Assembly (NCBI GenBank): GCA_965199935.1
Contig: CBDATD010000001.1
Coordinates: forward strand, 491,097-555,096
Reading direction: 5' to 3'
Source of the DNA: Bdellovibrionales bacterium
GTDB taxonomy: Bacteria; Bdellovibrionota; Bdellovibrionia; Bdellovibrionales; UBA1609
DNA length: 64,000 nucleotides
Part shown: positions 30,500 to 38,780 of the stretch, piece after piece
How positions within the stretch are numbered: position 1 is the first letter of the stretch
How the letters are laid out: the number at the start of each line of letters is the position of its first letter
Program-made: the position numbers and the translations under genes
The notes under the pieces: generated by a model
Told to the model about the DNA's origin: nothing
The model's database searches: none
What the model saw: only the letters and a program-made list of their open reading frames with translations

Positions 30500-30628
30500 T
30501 TTTTTTCATGTACAGCCGTTTCTCCCTCCTTCACAGATTTTTTCATATTTTTGCCCTTCTCACAGTATTATTTCACCTCAATTCTTTAAAGTTCAAATCG
30601 GATATCAAAAACTGCATACAAAAAATTT

Positions 30629-31009
30629 ATGTTTACTCTTGCTTTTCAAAAAACCGGTAGTATGCTTTTTAAGCGGGGGATGCGTATGAGCTGTGCCAGA
30701 TGTGTTTTTATTTTATTAATTTTCAGCTTTTCACCGGCAAATGCAGAAGTTTGTGAATCTGCCTTCCATCCCCTTGAAAGAGTCCATAAAGCGGAAGAGC
30801 TTTTAAATAAGCAGTTAAGCCCCAAACAAAAATCAGCTCTTGAACAAGCTTATCTTGCCGGTGCAGGAAAGCTGGACAAAGACGGAAAAACTCCTGCTGA
30901 TCCAAACAGTTACACCCCTGCACAATTAAAAAAGAAAACAAGAATTTTAAAATGGGTTGGTTTCTCACTTGAAGAAATTCAACTGCTCATGCAAAAAAAC
31001 ATCATCTAA
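30629..31009 (+). CDS. Hypothetical small secreted protein
   Basis: The likely start is the ATG at 30686, which has a GGGGGA SD and gives the signal peptide MSCARCVFILLIFSFSPANA. Confidence 0.45.
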   Translation: MFTLAFQKTGSMLFKRGMRMSCARCVFILLIFSFSPANAEVCESAFHPLERVHKAEELLNKQLSPKQKSALEQAYLAGAGKLDKDGKTPADPNSYTPAQLKKKTRILKWVGFSLEEIQLLMQKNII

Positions 31010-31083
31010 TTTAGAATCTGAAGAGTACACTCCAGAGATGCTTCCTTAACTAATAAAGTTTACACCGCCCTGAGTTAAAAGGA

Positions 31084-31566
31084 CTAACATCCGTCTGGAT
31101 AAGCCAACCGCTCGTATTTTTTCACTAATTTTTCATTTCTATCAAGATACTTCCTCCCCAAATCCAAGTACCTCTTGTCTTTCTTATGTTTTCCAAATTT
31201 TCCTTCTTTTATTAGAGTCTGTAAAAGCTCCACGTTTTCTTTGGCTAAATCCTCCCATTCGTGAAAAGGGATGCATTTGTTTCCAAAATAAGCCACCTCA
31301 TACATATACTCTTGAAAGTGCCTGTAAATAGGCAACATATTATCAAAATATTTTATCCCATCAGTTTGCACCATCAGTTCTGCGGAAATCACTCCGGCTA
31401 GGCGAAATAACATGATATTTTTTTTTTCGTTCCATTTTAGATCCAATAAAGCCTCTAACAGTTTTGGACTTTGAAAAATATCCTTTCCGTTTTCCCTATA
31501 GTAATCTCTAGATTCTTCATAATTTCTCCTTGAGTAAAGAATATCTATAAATTTTTGTAACTTCAT
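31084..31566 (-). CDS. Hypothetical helical protein coupled to the RES-like ORF (candidate antitoxin or immunity protein)
   Basis: ATGA start/stop overlap with the upstream ORF. An AAGGAG SD sits inside the upstream gene. I recognise no HTH and no known family. Confidence 0.6.
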   Translation of the reverse strand: MKLQKFIDILYSRRNYEESRDYYRENGKDIFQSPKLLEALLDLKWNEKKNIMLFRLAGVISAELMVQTDGIKYFDNMLPIYRHFQEYMYEVAYFGNKCIPFHEWEDLAKENVELLQTLIKEGKFGKHKKDKRYLDLGRKYLDRNEKLVKKYERLAYPDGC

Positions 31567-31940
31567 GGAAACTCCTTAAAACTAATAAAATTGATTCCTT
31601 TGTTAGCTCTATCTGGAGCTGAAAGGACGATAATTCCTTTAAAGCCCTTCTTTTTAGCGATATGACCAATCACTTGAGTTATATCATAAGCATTTGTATC
31701 ATCCACAATTAACTTAGCAATATCATCTTTGTTTACATCAAGTTGTTTTAAAATTTTAGGATTTGTTAAATCCAGCACCTTGCCTGTTTCAGCAGGGTCA
31801 ATCAGCTTATAAAAAGTCTTATTTCCGGGTAGATCATTTTTCCCAAAACGGACTAAAAACTCTGCTCTAGAAGTTCCTTTTGTTAAAGAAGTATAAAGAG
31901 CATGATCCCCAACAGAGTATCTTCCTATATGTGACTTCAT
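31563..31940 (-). CDS. RES-domain-like protein (candidate NAD-targeting toxin)
   Basis: The Arg-Glu-Ser pattern has the expected spacing: GRYSVGDHALYTS, SRAEF, and YDITQVIGHIAKKKGFKGIIVLSAPDRANKGINFISF. At 125 aa it is short for the family. Confidence 0.6.
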   Translation of the reverse strand: MKSHIGRYSVGDHALYTSLTKGTSRAEFLVRFGKNDLPGNKTFYKLIDPAETGKVLDLTNPKILKQLDVNKDDIAKLIVDDTNAYDITQVIGHIAKKKGFKGIIVLSAPDRANKGINFISFKEFP

Positions 31941-32173
31941 TCCTTTATGAAATAAAAAGGCAGTCTTTCACCCATCTTATTCTCAGGAAATACTTTTTTT
32001 AGCTGTATATGTCAATAAAGATTTTAAAAATTTAGCTGTGTAACAGTTTCATATTTTATGTGAATTTTACACACGCTTAAGGAAGAAAAATATCTTAATT
32101 TGCTCCACCAACAAAAGCAAAATTAAAGAGGGCAATTCTTCGTACAAACAGTGTACAACAGCATCTATACGGA

Positions 32174-33457
32174 TTATTGCTGTTCAAAGAATTTGCGGCC
32201 GTAAACACGCGGAAAAGGAATGGCTTCACGAACATGATCTACTCCACAAAGCCAGCAAATCAACCGCTCCACACCTAAACCGAAGCCAGAATGATCGAAA
32301 GAACCGCAGCTTCTCAGATCTAAATACCATTTGAAATCTTTTTGGTCCAACTGATGGTGTTTCAGCGCTTTTATTAAAATATCTCTATTAGTTTCTCTCT
32401 GCCCTCCTCCCACAAGCTCTCCATACCCTTCCGGCGCAAGTAAATCACAACTCAAAGAAGAACCTTCCTTTTCATCTTGTTTCATATAAAAAGCTTTAAT
32501 TGGAGCAGGATAGTGATGAACAAAAACAGGTTGTTCATACAAGGAGCTGATGAAAGTTTCATCAGCTCCTCCAAAATCAGAGCCTTTCTTAAATTGAGGG
32601 TTTTTCTGTATTAAACGCTCGCAGGCTGTTTCATAATGAAGTTTTGGAAAAGGAGTTTTAATTCTTTCCAAACAGCTCAAATCCCTTCCTAAAAATTTTA
32701 ACTCTGCTCTGGCGTTTTTTAAAACGTACTCGATAATAAAGACAATAAACTCTTCAATTAAGTCCATATTTTTACTAAGATCACAGAAAGCCATTTCAGC
32801 TTCACACATCCAAAACTCCATTAAATGTCTTCTGGTGCTGGATTTTTCCGCCCGAAAAACAGGGCTGAGACAATACACCTGGTTAAAGCCGGCGCTGGCC
32901 GCCTCCAAATACATTTGTCCGCTTTGGCTTAAATAGAGGGAATCCATAAAGTCCGTCTGAACCTTAAATAAAGTGGAGGTTCCTTCACAAGCAGAAGGGG
33001 TAAAGATAGGAGGATCTATCTGTGTAAAATTTTTAGAATTAAAAAATTGATGAATAGCATGAATAACATGGTGGCGGACTCGAAGAACGGCATGAGGTTT
33101 TTTGGAGCGAATCCACAAATGCCTGAGGCTCATCAAAAAATCCACCCCGTGTTCTTTTTTAGAAAGAGGGTAAGCCTCAGCCTTGGAAATTAAATGAATA
33201 TTTGAAATGTGTACTTCAAAATTATTTTTCCACTCTTTAACAACACCCTGCACTTGAAGAACACTTTCCTGGGTTAGTTTTTCATAAAGCTCAAAAGCAT
33301 TTTTTGTTTCTTTGTTATATTCCAAAACGCACTGAACAATCCCTGTCCCGTCCCTTAGCAAGATAAACCGAATCTTGCCGCTGGAACGCAGGTTATAAAC
33401 CCATCCATTTAGTTGAACCTTCTGATTGACAAACGAACCTAAATCTGAAATAAACAT
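32174..33457 (-). CDS. asnS: Asparaginyl-tRNA synthetase
   Basis: Class IIb aminoacyl-tRNA synthetase with motif 2 FRAEKSSTRRHLMEFWMCEAEMAF and motif 3 GFGLGVERL. Confidence 0.9.
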   Translation of the reverse strand: MFISDLGSFVNQKVQLNGWVYNLRSSGKIRFILLRDGTGIVQCVLEYNKETKNAFELYEKLTQESVLQVQGVVKEWKNNFEVHISNIHLISKAEAYPLSKKEHGVDFLMSLRHLWIRSKKPHAVLRVRHHVIHAIHQFFNSKNFTQIDPPIFTPSACEGTSTLFKVQTDFMDSLYLSQSGQMYLEAASAGFNQVYCLSPVFRAEKSSTRRHLMEFWMCEAEMAFCDLSKNMDLIEEFIVFIIEYVLKNARAELKFLGRDLSCLERIKTPFPKLHYETACERLIQKNPQFKKGSDFGGADETFISSLYEQPVFVHHYPAPIKAFYMKQDEKEGSSLSCDLLAPEGYGELVGGGQRETNRDILIKALKHHQLDQKDFKWYLDLRSCGSFDHSGFGLGVERLICWLCGVDHVREAIPFPRVYGRKFFEQQ

Positions 33458-33575
33458 ATTACTGTTTCACAGCCTTTTTTGGGTTGTTTCACTCCCGGCG
33501 AATTAAACGAATTGATAGTAAAAATCATGCTCATTAAAGTCAATAAAAGATGTTGTAAGAAAAACCGAGTTTTTT

Positions 33576-35030
33576 ATGCCAGAAAAATCTAAAATTTTAA
33601 TTTCATCCCAGCCTAGTCAAACCCGAGCCGTTCATCTCAAAGGAGATTCTATCATTCAGTTTACCGCCAACACCCAGCCTTCTTTGGCCGGTTCCATCTA
33701 TAAAGGAAAGGTGACCAAAGTTCTGCCCGGAATGGGAGCTTGTTTTGTAGATATTGGCTTTGAACGAGACTGTTTTCTTTATGTCAAAGAACTGCTTCCG
33801 TTTAAATCAGAGGACGGCGTCCGGCAAAAGCCGAATATCCAGGACATAAAAGCCCATCAAATGATTTTAGTGCAAGTGATCAAAGATTCTATCTCCTCCA
33901 AAGGCCCCCGGCTTTCTATGCAAATCAGCCTGCCGGCCCCTTATCTTATCTATATGCCTTACTCCAGCGGCATTGGAGTTTCCAAAAAAATAGAAAATGA
34001 AGAAGAAAGAGACAGGATTATAAACAACATCAAAGAATTGAACTCAGAAGGAGGAATTATTGTCCGTACAAAGGCAGAAGGGCGTGCAGACTTCAAAAAA
34101 GATTTAAACAGTCTTCAAAAATTATGGAAAAACATTCAAAAAAAGCAAATGAGAAAAACTGTCGGGCTGGTTCATGAAGAAATTTCTCCTGAACTTCAAA
34201 TGATCCGAGATGAATTGCATTCTCCGCAAGACCAAGTGTGGATAGACAATAAAGAACTTTACTCAAAAGCTGTATTATTTGCGAAAGAATGGATGCCGGA
34301 GTTTAAAAAAAATATTCATTTTTATGATAAAAATCCTCTTTTGTTTGAAAAATTCGATATTGAAAAAAAACTTTCCCATGCTTTAAACAGAACCGTTTAT
34401 TTAAAATCAGGAGGTTCTATCGTTATTGATGAAAATGAAGCTTTAGTGAGCATAGATGTCAACACATCAAAATTTTCAGGAAGAAAATCCCAAGAAACAA
34501 ATATTTTGAAAACCAACTTGGAAGCAGTCAAAGAAATAGCCAAACAGCTTAGAATTAGAAATTGTGGAGGCATTATTGTTATTGATCTTATTGATATGAA
34601 CTCAAAAGCATCAAAAAATAAAGTTATGAAGCTGTTGCAAAAAGAATTAGAGCAAGACCGCGCCTATACCGAAATTGTGTCTCTTTCTTCTCTTAACATT
34701 ATTCAAATGACCCGAAAAAGAACCAGACCTTCTCTGAGAGCCTCTTTATGCCGCCCTTGTGAATCCTGCGAAGGGCTGGGCTGGATTAAATCTCCTCATA
34801 CTGTCTCTTGTGAGATTTTTCGAAATATCCAAAACACCTATGGGGATAACAAAGGTTTGTGGAAAACAGCCGTAAAGCTGCAAGTGATCTCTCACCCTGC
34901 TGTTTACTCCTGGATGCAGGAAAATGAGGCCCCTCAATTAGAATATTTGAAAAAAAAATACCGTATTACACTGCAATTTAAAGAAGACAAGGGTTATTCT
35001 CCCTCATATTTTGAACTTCATGAATTGTAA
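33576..35030 (+). CDS. rng: Ribonuclease E/G family (RNase G-like)
   Basis: S1 domain (GSIYKGKVTKVLPGMGACFVDIG) and a catalytic core of about 480 aa. It sits upstream of rplU. Confidence 0.8.
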   Translation: MPEKSKILISSQPSQTRAVHLKGDSIIQFTANTQPSLAGSIYKGKVTKVLPGMGACFVDIGFERDCFLYVKELLPFKSEDGVRQKPNIQDIKAHQMILVQVIKDSISSKGPRLSMQISLPAPYLIYMPYSSGIGVSKKIENEEERDRIINNIKELNSEGGIIVRTKAEGRADFKKDLNSLQKLWKNIQKKQMRKTVGLVHEEISPELQMIRDELHSPQDQVWIDNKELYSKAVLFAKEWMPEFKKNIHFYDKNPLLFEKFDIEKKLSHALNRTVYLKSGGSIVIDENEALVSIDVNTSKFSGRKSQETNILKTNLEAVKEIAKQLRIRNCGGIIVIDLIDMNSKASKNKVMKLLQKELEQDRAYTEIVSLSSLNIIQMTRKRTRPSLRASLCRPCESCEGLGWIKSPHTVSCEIFRNIQNTYGDNKGLWKTAVKLQVISHPAVYSWMQENEAPQLEYLKKKYRITLQFKEDKGYSPSYFELHEL

Positions 35031-35086
35031 AAAGTTGACAAAAAGCAAATTCCTATGAGAGAAACAGCCCTCTCCAGAGGAGTGTT

Positions 35087-35542
35087 ATGATTTCCACTGT
35101 TTTAATCGGCAATAAGCAGTTTTCAGTTCGTTTAGGCTCCCGTTTAAGGGTGGAAAAACTCCAACTGAATAAAGGAGATCTTTGGCTTGGAAAAACAGTT
35201 CTGGCCGTCCAAATGGACAATGGGGAGGCTGTTTTTGGAGAGCCGTTTGTCAAAAAAGCCCAAGTCAAGGCGCGAGTGGTGCGGCACGGGAAAGCTAAAA
35301 AAGTTTTGATACTAAAGAAAAATAGAAGAAAAGGCTACCGTAGAACCCTGGGGCATAGACAGCTGTTTACCGAAATTTGTGTTGAAGCCTTGTCGAACCC
35401 TCAAGGTCAGTGGACAGTAAAACAAACACCCAAGAAAAAAGAAAAGATTAAAGCAAAGGCTAAAGAAAAACCTCAAAAAAAATTGCAAAAAGGAAAGACA
35501 GCTAATATAAAAAAGAAAGAATCAATAAAGCAGGATTTGTAA
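35087..35542 (+). CDS. rplU: Ribosomal protein L21 with a Lys-rich C-terminal extension
   Basis: The L21 core runs to ..[10 protein letters not shown], followed by a roughly 45-aa KKKEK-rich tail. Confidence 0.9.
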   Translation: MISTVLIGNKQFSVRLGSRLRVEKLQLNKGDLWLGKTVLAVQMDNGEAVFGEPFVKKAQVKARVVRHGKAKKVLILKKNRRKGYRRTLGHRQLFTEICVEALSNPQGQWTVKQTPKKKEKIKAKAKEKPQKKLQKGKTANIKKKESIKQDL

Positions 35543-35543
35543 T

Positions 35544-35792
35544 ATGGCATCAAAGAAAGCTTCAGGAAGCACAAAAAATGGAAGAGATTCAAAAGGACGC
35601 CGTTTAGGCGTTAAACGCTGTGGGGGAGAAATGGTTCTTCCTGGAACCATCATCATCCGACAAAGAGGCTCTCGCTTTTACGCCGGGCAAAACGTAGGTG
35701 CTGGAAAAGACTTCACTTTATTCGCTTTAAAAAAAGGGCGGGTTTTCTTTAAGTCATTCAATCGAAAAAAATCTACAGTTCATGTACAATAA
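35544..35792 (+). CDS. rpmA: Ribosomal protein L27
   Basis: [24 protein letters not shown].. is a canonical L27 N-terminus. Confidence 0.95.
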   Translation: MASKKASGSTKNGRDSKGRRLGVKRCGGEMVLPGTIIIRQRGSRFYAGQNVGAGKDFTLFALKKGRVFFKSFNRKKSTVHVQ

Positions 35793-35798
35793 AGCAGT

Positions 35799-36257
35799 AT
35801 GATCCGCAAAATCCGCTTAAAAGTCAGCTCTGGAAGAGGCGGAAGGGGATGTCTAAGCTTTGCTTCTTCTCGACGTAAAATTCGAGGAGGGCCGGATGGA
35901 GGAAATGGAGGCTCAGGGGGGGACGTATGGATGCGGGTAAATAATAAGAAAACCTCTCTATCTCATTTAAAAACAAATAAAATTTATCAAGCCGGCAATG
36001 GACAGCCTGGAGGGTCTCGACGCAAAACGGGACGCAAAGGAAAAAATTTAACTCTTGAAGTACCTCCTCACACATGGCTCAAAACCAAAAATCTCGAAAT
36101 TTTAATCAGTGAAGAAGAACCTTACCTTCTCCTTAAAGGAGGAAAAGGAGGAAAAGGCAATCATTATTTCAAAAACAGCGTCAACCAGGCTCCCCGCAAA
36201 GTAGGACCATTTGGAAAAACCAAAACTTTAGAAATTAATCTACAGGTGAAAAAATAA
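35799..36257 (+). CDS. Obg N-terminal (glycine-rich Obg-fold) domain only, with no GTPase domain
   Basis: GGRGCLSF..GGPDGGNGGSGGDVW..GGKGGKGN matches the Obg fold. The ORF stops at LEINLQVKK, where the G domain normally begins, and nadD starts 8 nt later. Confidence 0.75.
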   Translation: MIRKIRLKVSSGRGGRGCLSFASSRRKIRGGPDGGNGGSGGDVWMRVNNKKTSLSHLKTNKIYQAGNGQPGGSRRKTGRKGKNLTLEVPPHTWLKTKNLEILISEEEPYLLLKGGKGGKGNHYFKNSVNQAPRKVGPFGKTKTLEINLQVKK

Positions 36258-36265
36258 AACACGAT

Positions 36266-37231
36266 ATGAAAAAAAAAATTGGCATACTTGGGGGCAGTTT
36301 TGATCCTCCTCACAAAGGTCATAGATGGGCTGTTTCAACCTGTCTCAATCAACTAAAGTTGCACTTTCTTTACGTCATTCCATCTTATCAAACCCCTTGT
36401 AAAACCTCTTCTCACACACCCCCTGAGAAACGTCTGGAAATATTAGCAAAAACTCTAAAAGACATTCCTCAAGCTGAAATACTAGATATTGAAATGAAAC
36501 GAAAAGGGGTCAGTTATACAGTGGACACTTTAAATCAACTTTCTCTCGATACAGATGAAGTATATTTAATTATAGGGGAAGATTTGCTGTTTCAATTTCA
36601 CACGTGGAAAAACTTTGAACAAATTATCCAGAAGGTAAATTTAATTGTTTTATTTCATACTGATCTTAAAAAGAAAAACAATTGGCCGGTCGTTTTCCGA
36701 AAATATTTGAATAAATGGGACAAAAATACGGGATCATTCCACACGGGCAGGAAAGTCCATTTGATAAAAAACGACAGCCCCTTTAGAGATATTTCCTCAA
36801 CCCAGATTAGAAACAGACTGAGATTGGCTCTGCCTGTTTCGGATCTCCTGCATCCTTCAGTTTTTTCATTGGTAAAAAAACATTACAAACATTTACAGAA
36901 CAAATCTCAAATTTTTGAAGATATTATCCGTTTTCTCAAAGAAAAGGGAGCTTTGAATCCTCAATTTTTTCAATTTAGAGAAAAAATTTATGAATCTATT
37001 TTAGTCGCTTCAGGATTAAACACCCGGCACGTGCGGTCTTTATCTTCAGAAGTACAAAATTATATTTACAAAATGTATGGAATCTCCCCCCAGCATATCG
37101 AAGGAAACAGCCTCTCTCAGTGGATTGTCTTGGATTATGACTTTCTAATTATCCATATTTTTTATGATTATTTAAGACAATATTATCAATTGGAAGATTT
37201 GTGGCAAAAACACTCTTTTAAAAATAGATAA
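36266..37231 (+). CDS. nadD: Nicotinate-nucleotide adenylyltransferase fused to ribosome silencing factor (NadD-RsfS)
   Basis: The N-terminal roughly 200 aa carry GGSFDPPHKGH and ISSTQIR. The C-terminal roughly 110 aa carry the RsfS pattern IEGNSLSQWIVLDYDFLIIHIF..RQYYQLEDLW. It is a single ORF. Confidence 0.8.
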   Translation: MKKKIGILGGSFDPPHKGHRWAVSTCLNQLKLHFLYVIPSYQTPCKTSSHTPPEKRLEILAKTLKDIPQAEILDIEMKRKGVSYTVDTLNQLSLDTDEVYLIIGEDLLFQFHTWKNFEQIIQKVNLIVLFHTDLKKKNNWPVVFRKYLNKWDKNTGSFHTGRKVHLIKNDSPFRDISSTQIRNRLRLALPVSDLLHPSVFSLVKKHYKHLQNKSQIFEDIIRFLKEKGALNPQFFQFREKIYESILVASGLNTRHVRSLSSEVQNYIYKMYGISPQHIEGNSLSQWIVLDYDFLIIHIFYDYLRQYYQLEDLWQKHSFKNR

Positions 37232-37283
37232 TATCTATTTCAAGCCCCTCTGCAAACAAAAGAGAAAAGCCTACAGCCCTCTT

Positions 37284-37359
37284 TGGCTCAGGTGGAGGGA
37301 CTCGAACCCCCGACAGGGTGGTTAACAGCCACCTGCTCTACCAACTGAGCTACACCTGA
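37284..37359 (-). tRNA. tRNA-Asn (anticodon GTT), CCA encoded
   Basis: Hand-folded cloverleaf of 76 nt: acceptor TCAGGTG/CACCTGA, anticodon loop CTGTTAA, T-loop TTCGAGT. Confidence 0.95.
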
Positions 37360-37471
37360 AAAATCCTTCAAGAATTTAAACAATAGAACTCTTTTATGTC
37401 AATAATACTGTTCTCTTATATTGATTTCAGCATCTATAGAGGATAACTTAAATGACCAGGCTATTTCAAGA

Positions 37472-37558
37472 GGAGAGGTGGCAGAGCGGTTGATTGCACT
37501 GGTCTTGAAAACCAGCAGACCTTCACGGGTCTCGTGAGTTCGAATCTCACCCTCTCCG
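37472..37558 (+). tRNA. tRNA-Ser (anticodon TGA)
   Basis: 87 nt with acceptor GGAGAGG/CCTCTCC, anticodon loop CTTGAAA, a long variable arm and T-arm GTGAGTTCGAATCTCAC. Confidence 0.95.
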
Positions 37559-37756
37559 CACGAAGATATATACTGCGCCTTCAATCCAAATACACGCTGT
37601 TGTTCGTAAAAAATAAGCTGAAAAGACCCTTAAATTAAAGCCTAAACCGGTTGTTTCAATTTTAGGAATCTCTTTTAAACAAGGTTCCGCATCTTTACAA
37701 AACTCCGCACAGCCAACCTGAAATAAAAGCAATGATCCCAGTAAAAAACCCAACAT
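37547..37756 (-). CDS. Hypothetical small lipoprotein-like ORF
   Basis: Signal MLGFLLGSLLLFQVGC, very similar to the signal of the ORF at 2905. Its 3' end overlaps tRNA-Ser by 12 nt on the opposite strand, so the call is uncertain. Confidence 0.3.
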   Translation of the reverse strand: MLGFLLGSLLLFQVGCAEFCKDAEPCLKEIPKIETTGLGFNLRVFSAYFLRTTACIWIEGAVYIFVRRG

Positions 37757-37757
37757 T

Positions 37758-38105
37758 TTAATCCTCTTTATTTTCTAATACTTCCACAACCCCAACATCA
37801 CTGAAAAAAGGCAGGAAAGGGACACCCCAGTTTTTTCTATCCTGTTTTACAGTGAAAAATAAAGTGGTTATTAAAACAAAAATAATGCAGTTAAAAAGGT
37901 ATATGTAAAAGTGACTTCTTTTCTCAAAACCTTTAGTCTTATGACGAAAAATGAATTGCACAATCAAAGCAATGGAAAGTGCAGCGGTTGCAAACCTAAT
38001 ATCCCAATGGATTAAACCCCCTATTACAACCAATCCTAAGAATAATTTTAAAAAAGCTGTTGATGCATATATAAATTCACTTTTTAGTTTGTTAGGTATT
38101 CCCAT
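37758..38105 (-). CDS. Hypothetical 3-TM membrane protein
   Basis: 115 aa with a GGAG SD 9 nt upstream of the ATG. It follows the 58-aa ORF after 10 nt. Confidence 0.5.
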   Translation of the reverse strand: MGIPNKLKSEFIYASTAFLKLFLGLVVIGGLIHWDIRFATAALSIALIVQFIFRHKTKGFEKRSHFYIYLFNCIIFVLITTLFFTVKQDRKNWGVPFLPFFSDVGVVEVLENKED

Positions 38106-38115
38106 TTTTTAACTC

Positions 38116-38292
38116 CTAGAAGGGGACAGCAAACATACAATTACAAGCAAAGACTCCTGTCGCATCCATAAGATTTGAACCAAACTTTTGATCGTTGCGT
38201 ATAGTACGCTCTACATCAGTAATCATATGATTATATGCAATTCTGTTGTCTATTGGATATTGAGAGTGAGAAATTTTATAAAAAAACTTCAT
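38116..38292 (-). CDS. Hypothetical 58-aa peptide (below the ORF-track cutoff)
   Basis: Hand-translated as MKFFYKISHSQYPIDNRIAYNHMITDVERTIRNDQKFGSNLMDATGVFACNCMFAVPF. It is preceded by promoter cassette copy A. Confidence 0.4.
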   Translation of the reverse strand: MKFFYKISHSQYPIDNRIAYNHMITDVERTIRNDQKFGSNLMDATGVFACNCMFAVPF

Positions 38293-38364
38293 TAGCCGGG
38301 ACGGTAGTCCTCTATGATAGTAACTGTCAATATATTTTGAAATAGTGTAAAAAAATTACACTGT
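38293..38364 (-). repeat. Promoter/operator cassette copy A
   Basis: 72 bp, about 88 percent identical to 39323-39392. Contains the palindrome AGTGTAA-N5-TTACACT (38344-38362), TTGACA (38325-38330) and, after 18 nt, TACCGT (38301-38306), then 8 nt to the ATG. Confidence 0.8.
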
Positions 38365-38370
38365 TTTTGA

Positions 38371-38616
38371 CTATTTTAAGAGTTTTATCGGGTTTACCTT
38401 TAAGGCTTTGCTTATCAGTACAAGGGTTTTCAGGCTTATGTTTTTACGATTGCGTTGCTCTATATCCGTGACAGTGCTAAGAGACAGCTTTGTCTTATGG
38501 GAAAGATCAAGCTGTGTGAGTCCTCTCTGTTTCCTGATCCGTTTTACATTATGCTGACGATTGACAGTTTTTTACAGCTTGTCCAGAACGGCCAACATTA
38601 TGAGTATTGTTTTCAT
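38371..38616 (-). pseudogene. XRE-family HTH regulator interrupted by an in-frame TAA at codon 15
   Basis: The ATG at 38616 has an AAGGAGAT SD. The reading is MKTILIMLAVLDKL-TAA-KTVNRQHNVKRIRKQRGLTQLDLSHKTKLSLSTVTDIEQRNRKNISLKTLVLISKALKVNPIKLLK. There is no ATG, GTG or TTG after the stop and before the HTH. Confidence 0.7.
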
Positions 38617-38780
38617 TTCTTATCTCCTTTCTTTTCCTCTATACCAAGATGCTTTTCTATTTTTTTAAGCCTTTTTTGATTTTTTACGTCGTCAAAATAG
38701 CTAAGAAGCCACACAATAATAACAATTAGAAAATGATACTCAAACAACACTCTGAAAATTTCAATTAAACTTTCTTTCAT
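38613..38780 (-). CDS. Hypothetical 55-aa membrane protein
   Basis: MKESLIEIFRVLFEYHFLIVIIVWLLSYF.. It has ATGA overlaps with both the upstream and the downstream genes. Confidence 0.45.
   Translation of the reverse strand: MKESLIEIFRVLFEYHFLIVIIVWLLSYFDDVKNQKRLKKIEKHLGIEEKKGDKK

Noticed and set aside
36258-36265. Possibility that the Obg GTPase domain continues in another frame after a frameshift.
   Set aside because: Only 8 nt separate the Obg-fold stop from the nadD ATG, and the downstream ORF is clearly NadD from its first residues. The G domain is absent, not frameshifted.
36269-36278. A10 homopolymer right after the nadD start. A similar T10 run lies at 47971-47980 inside prfA.
   Set aside because: Both simply encode Lys runs (KKK) in an AT-rich genome. 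The genes are essential and in frame, so there is no reason to invoke phase variation.
38455-38679. 74-aa plus-strand ORF.
   Set aside because: It is antisense to the XRE reading frame, which has a clear HTH signature and a strong SD. The plus-strand ORF has a TTG start and no recognisable features.
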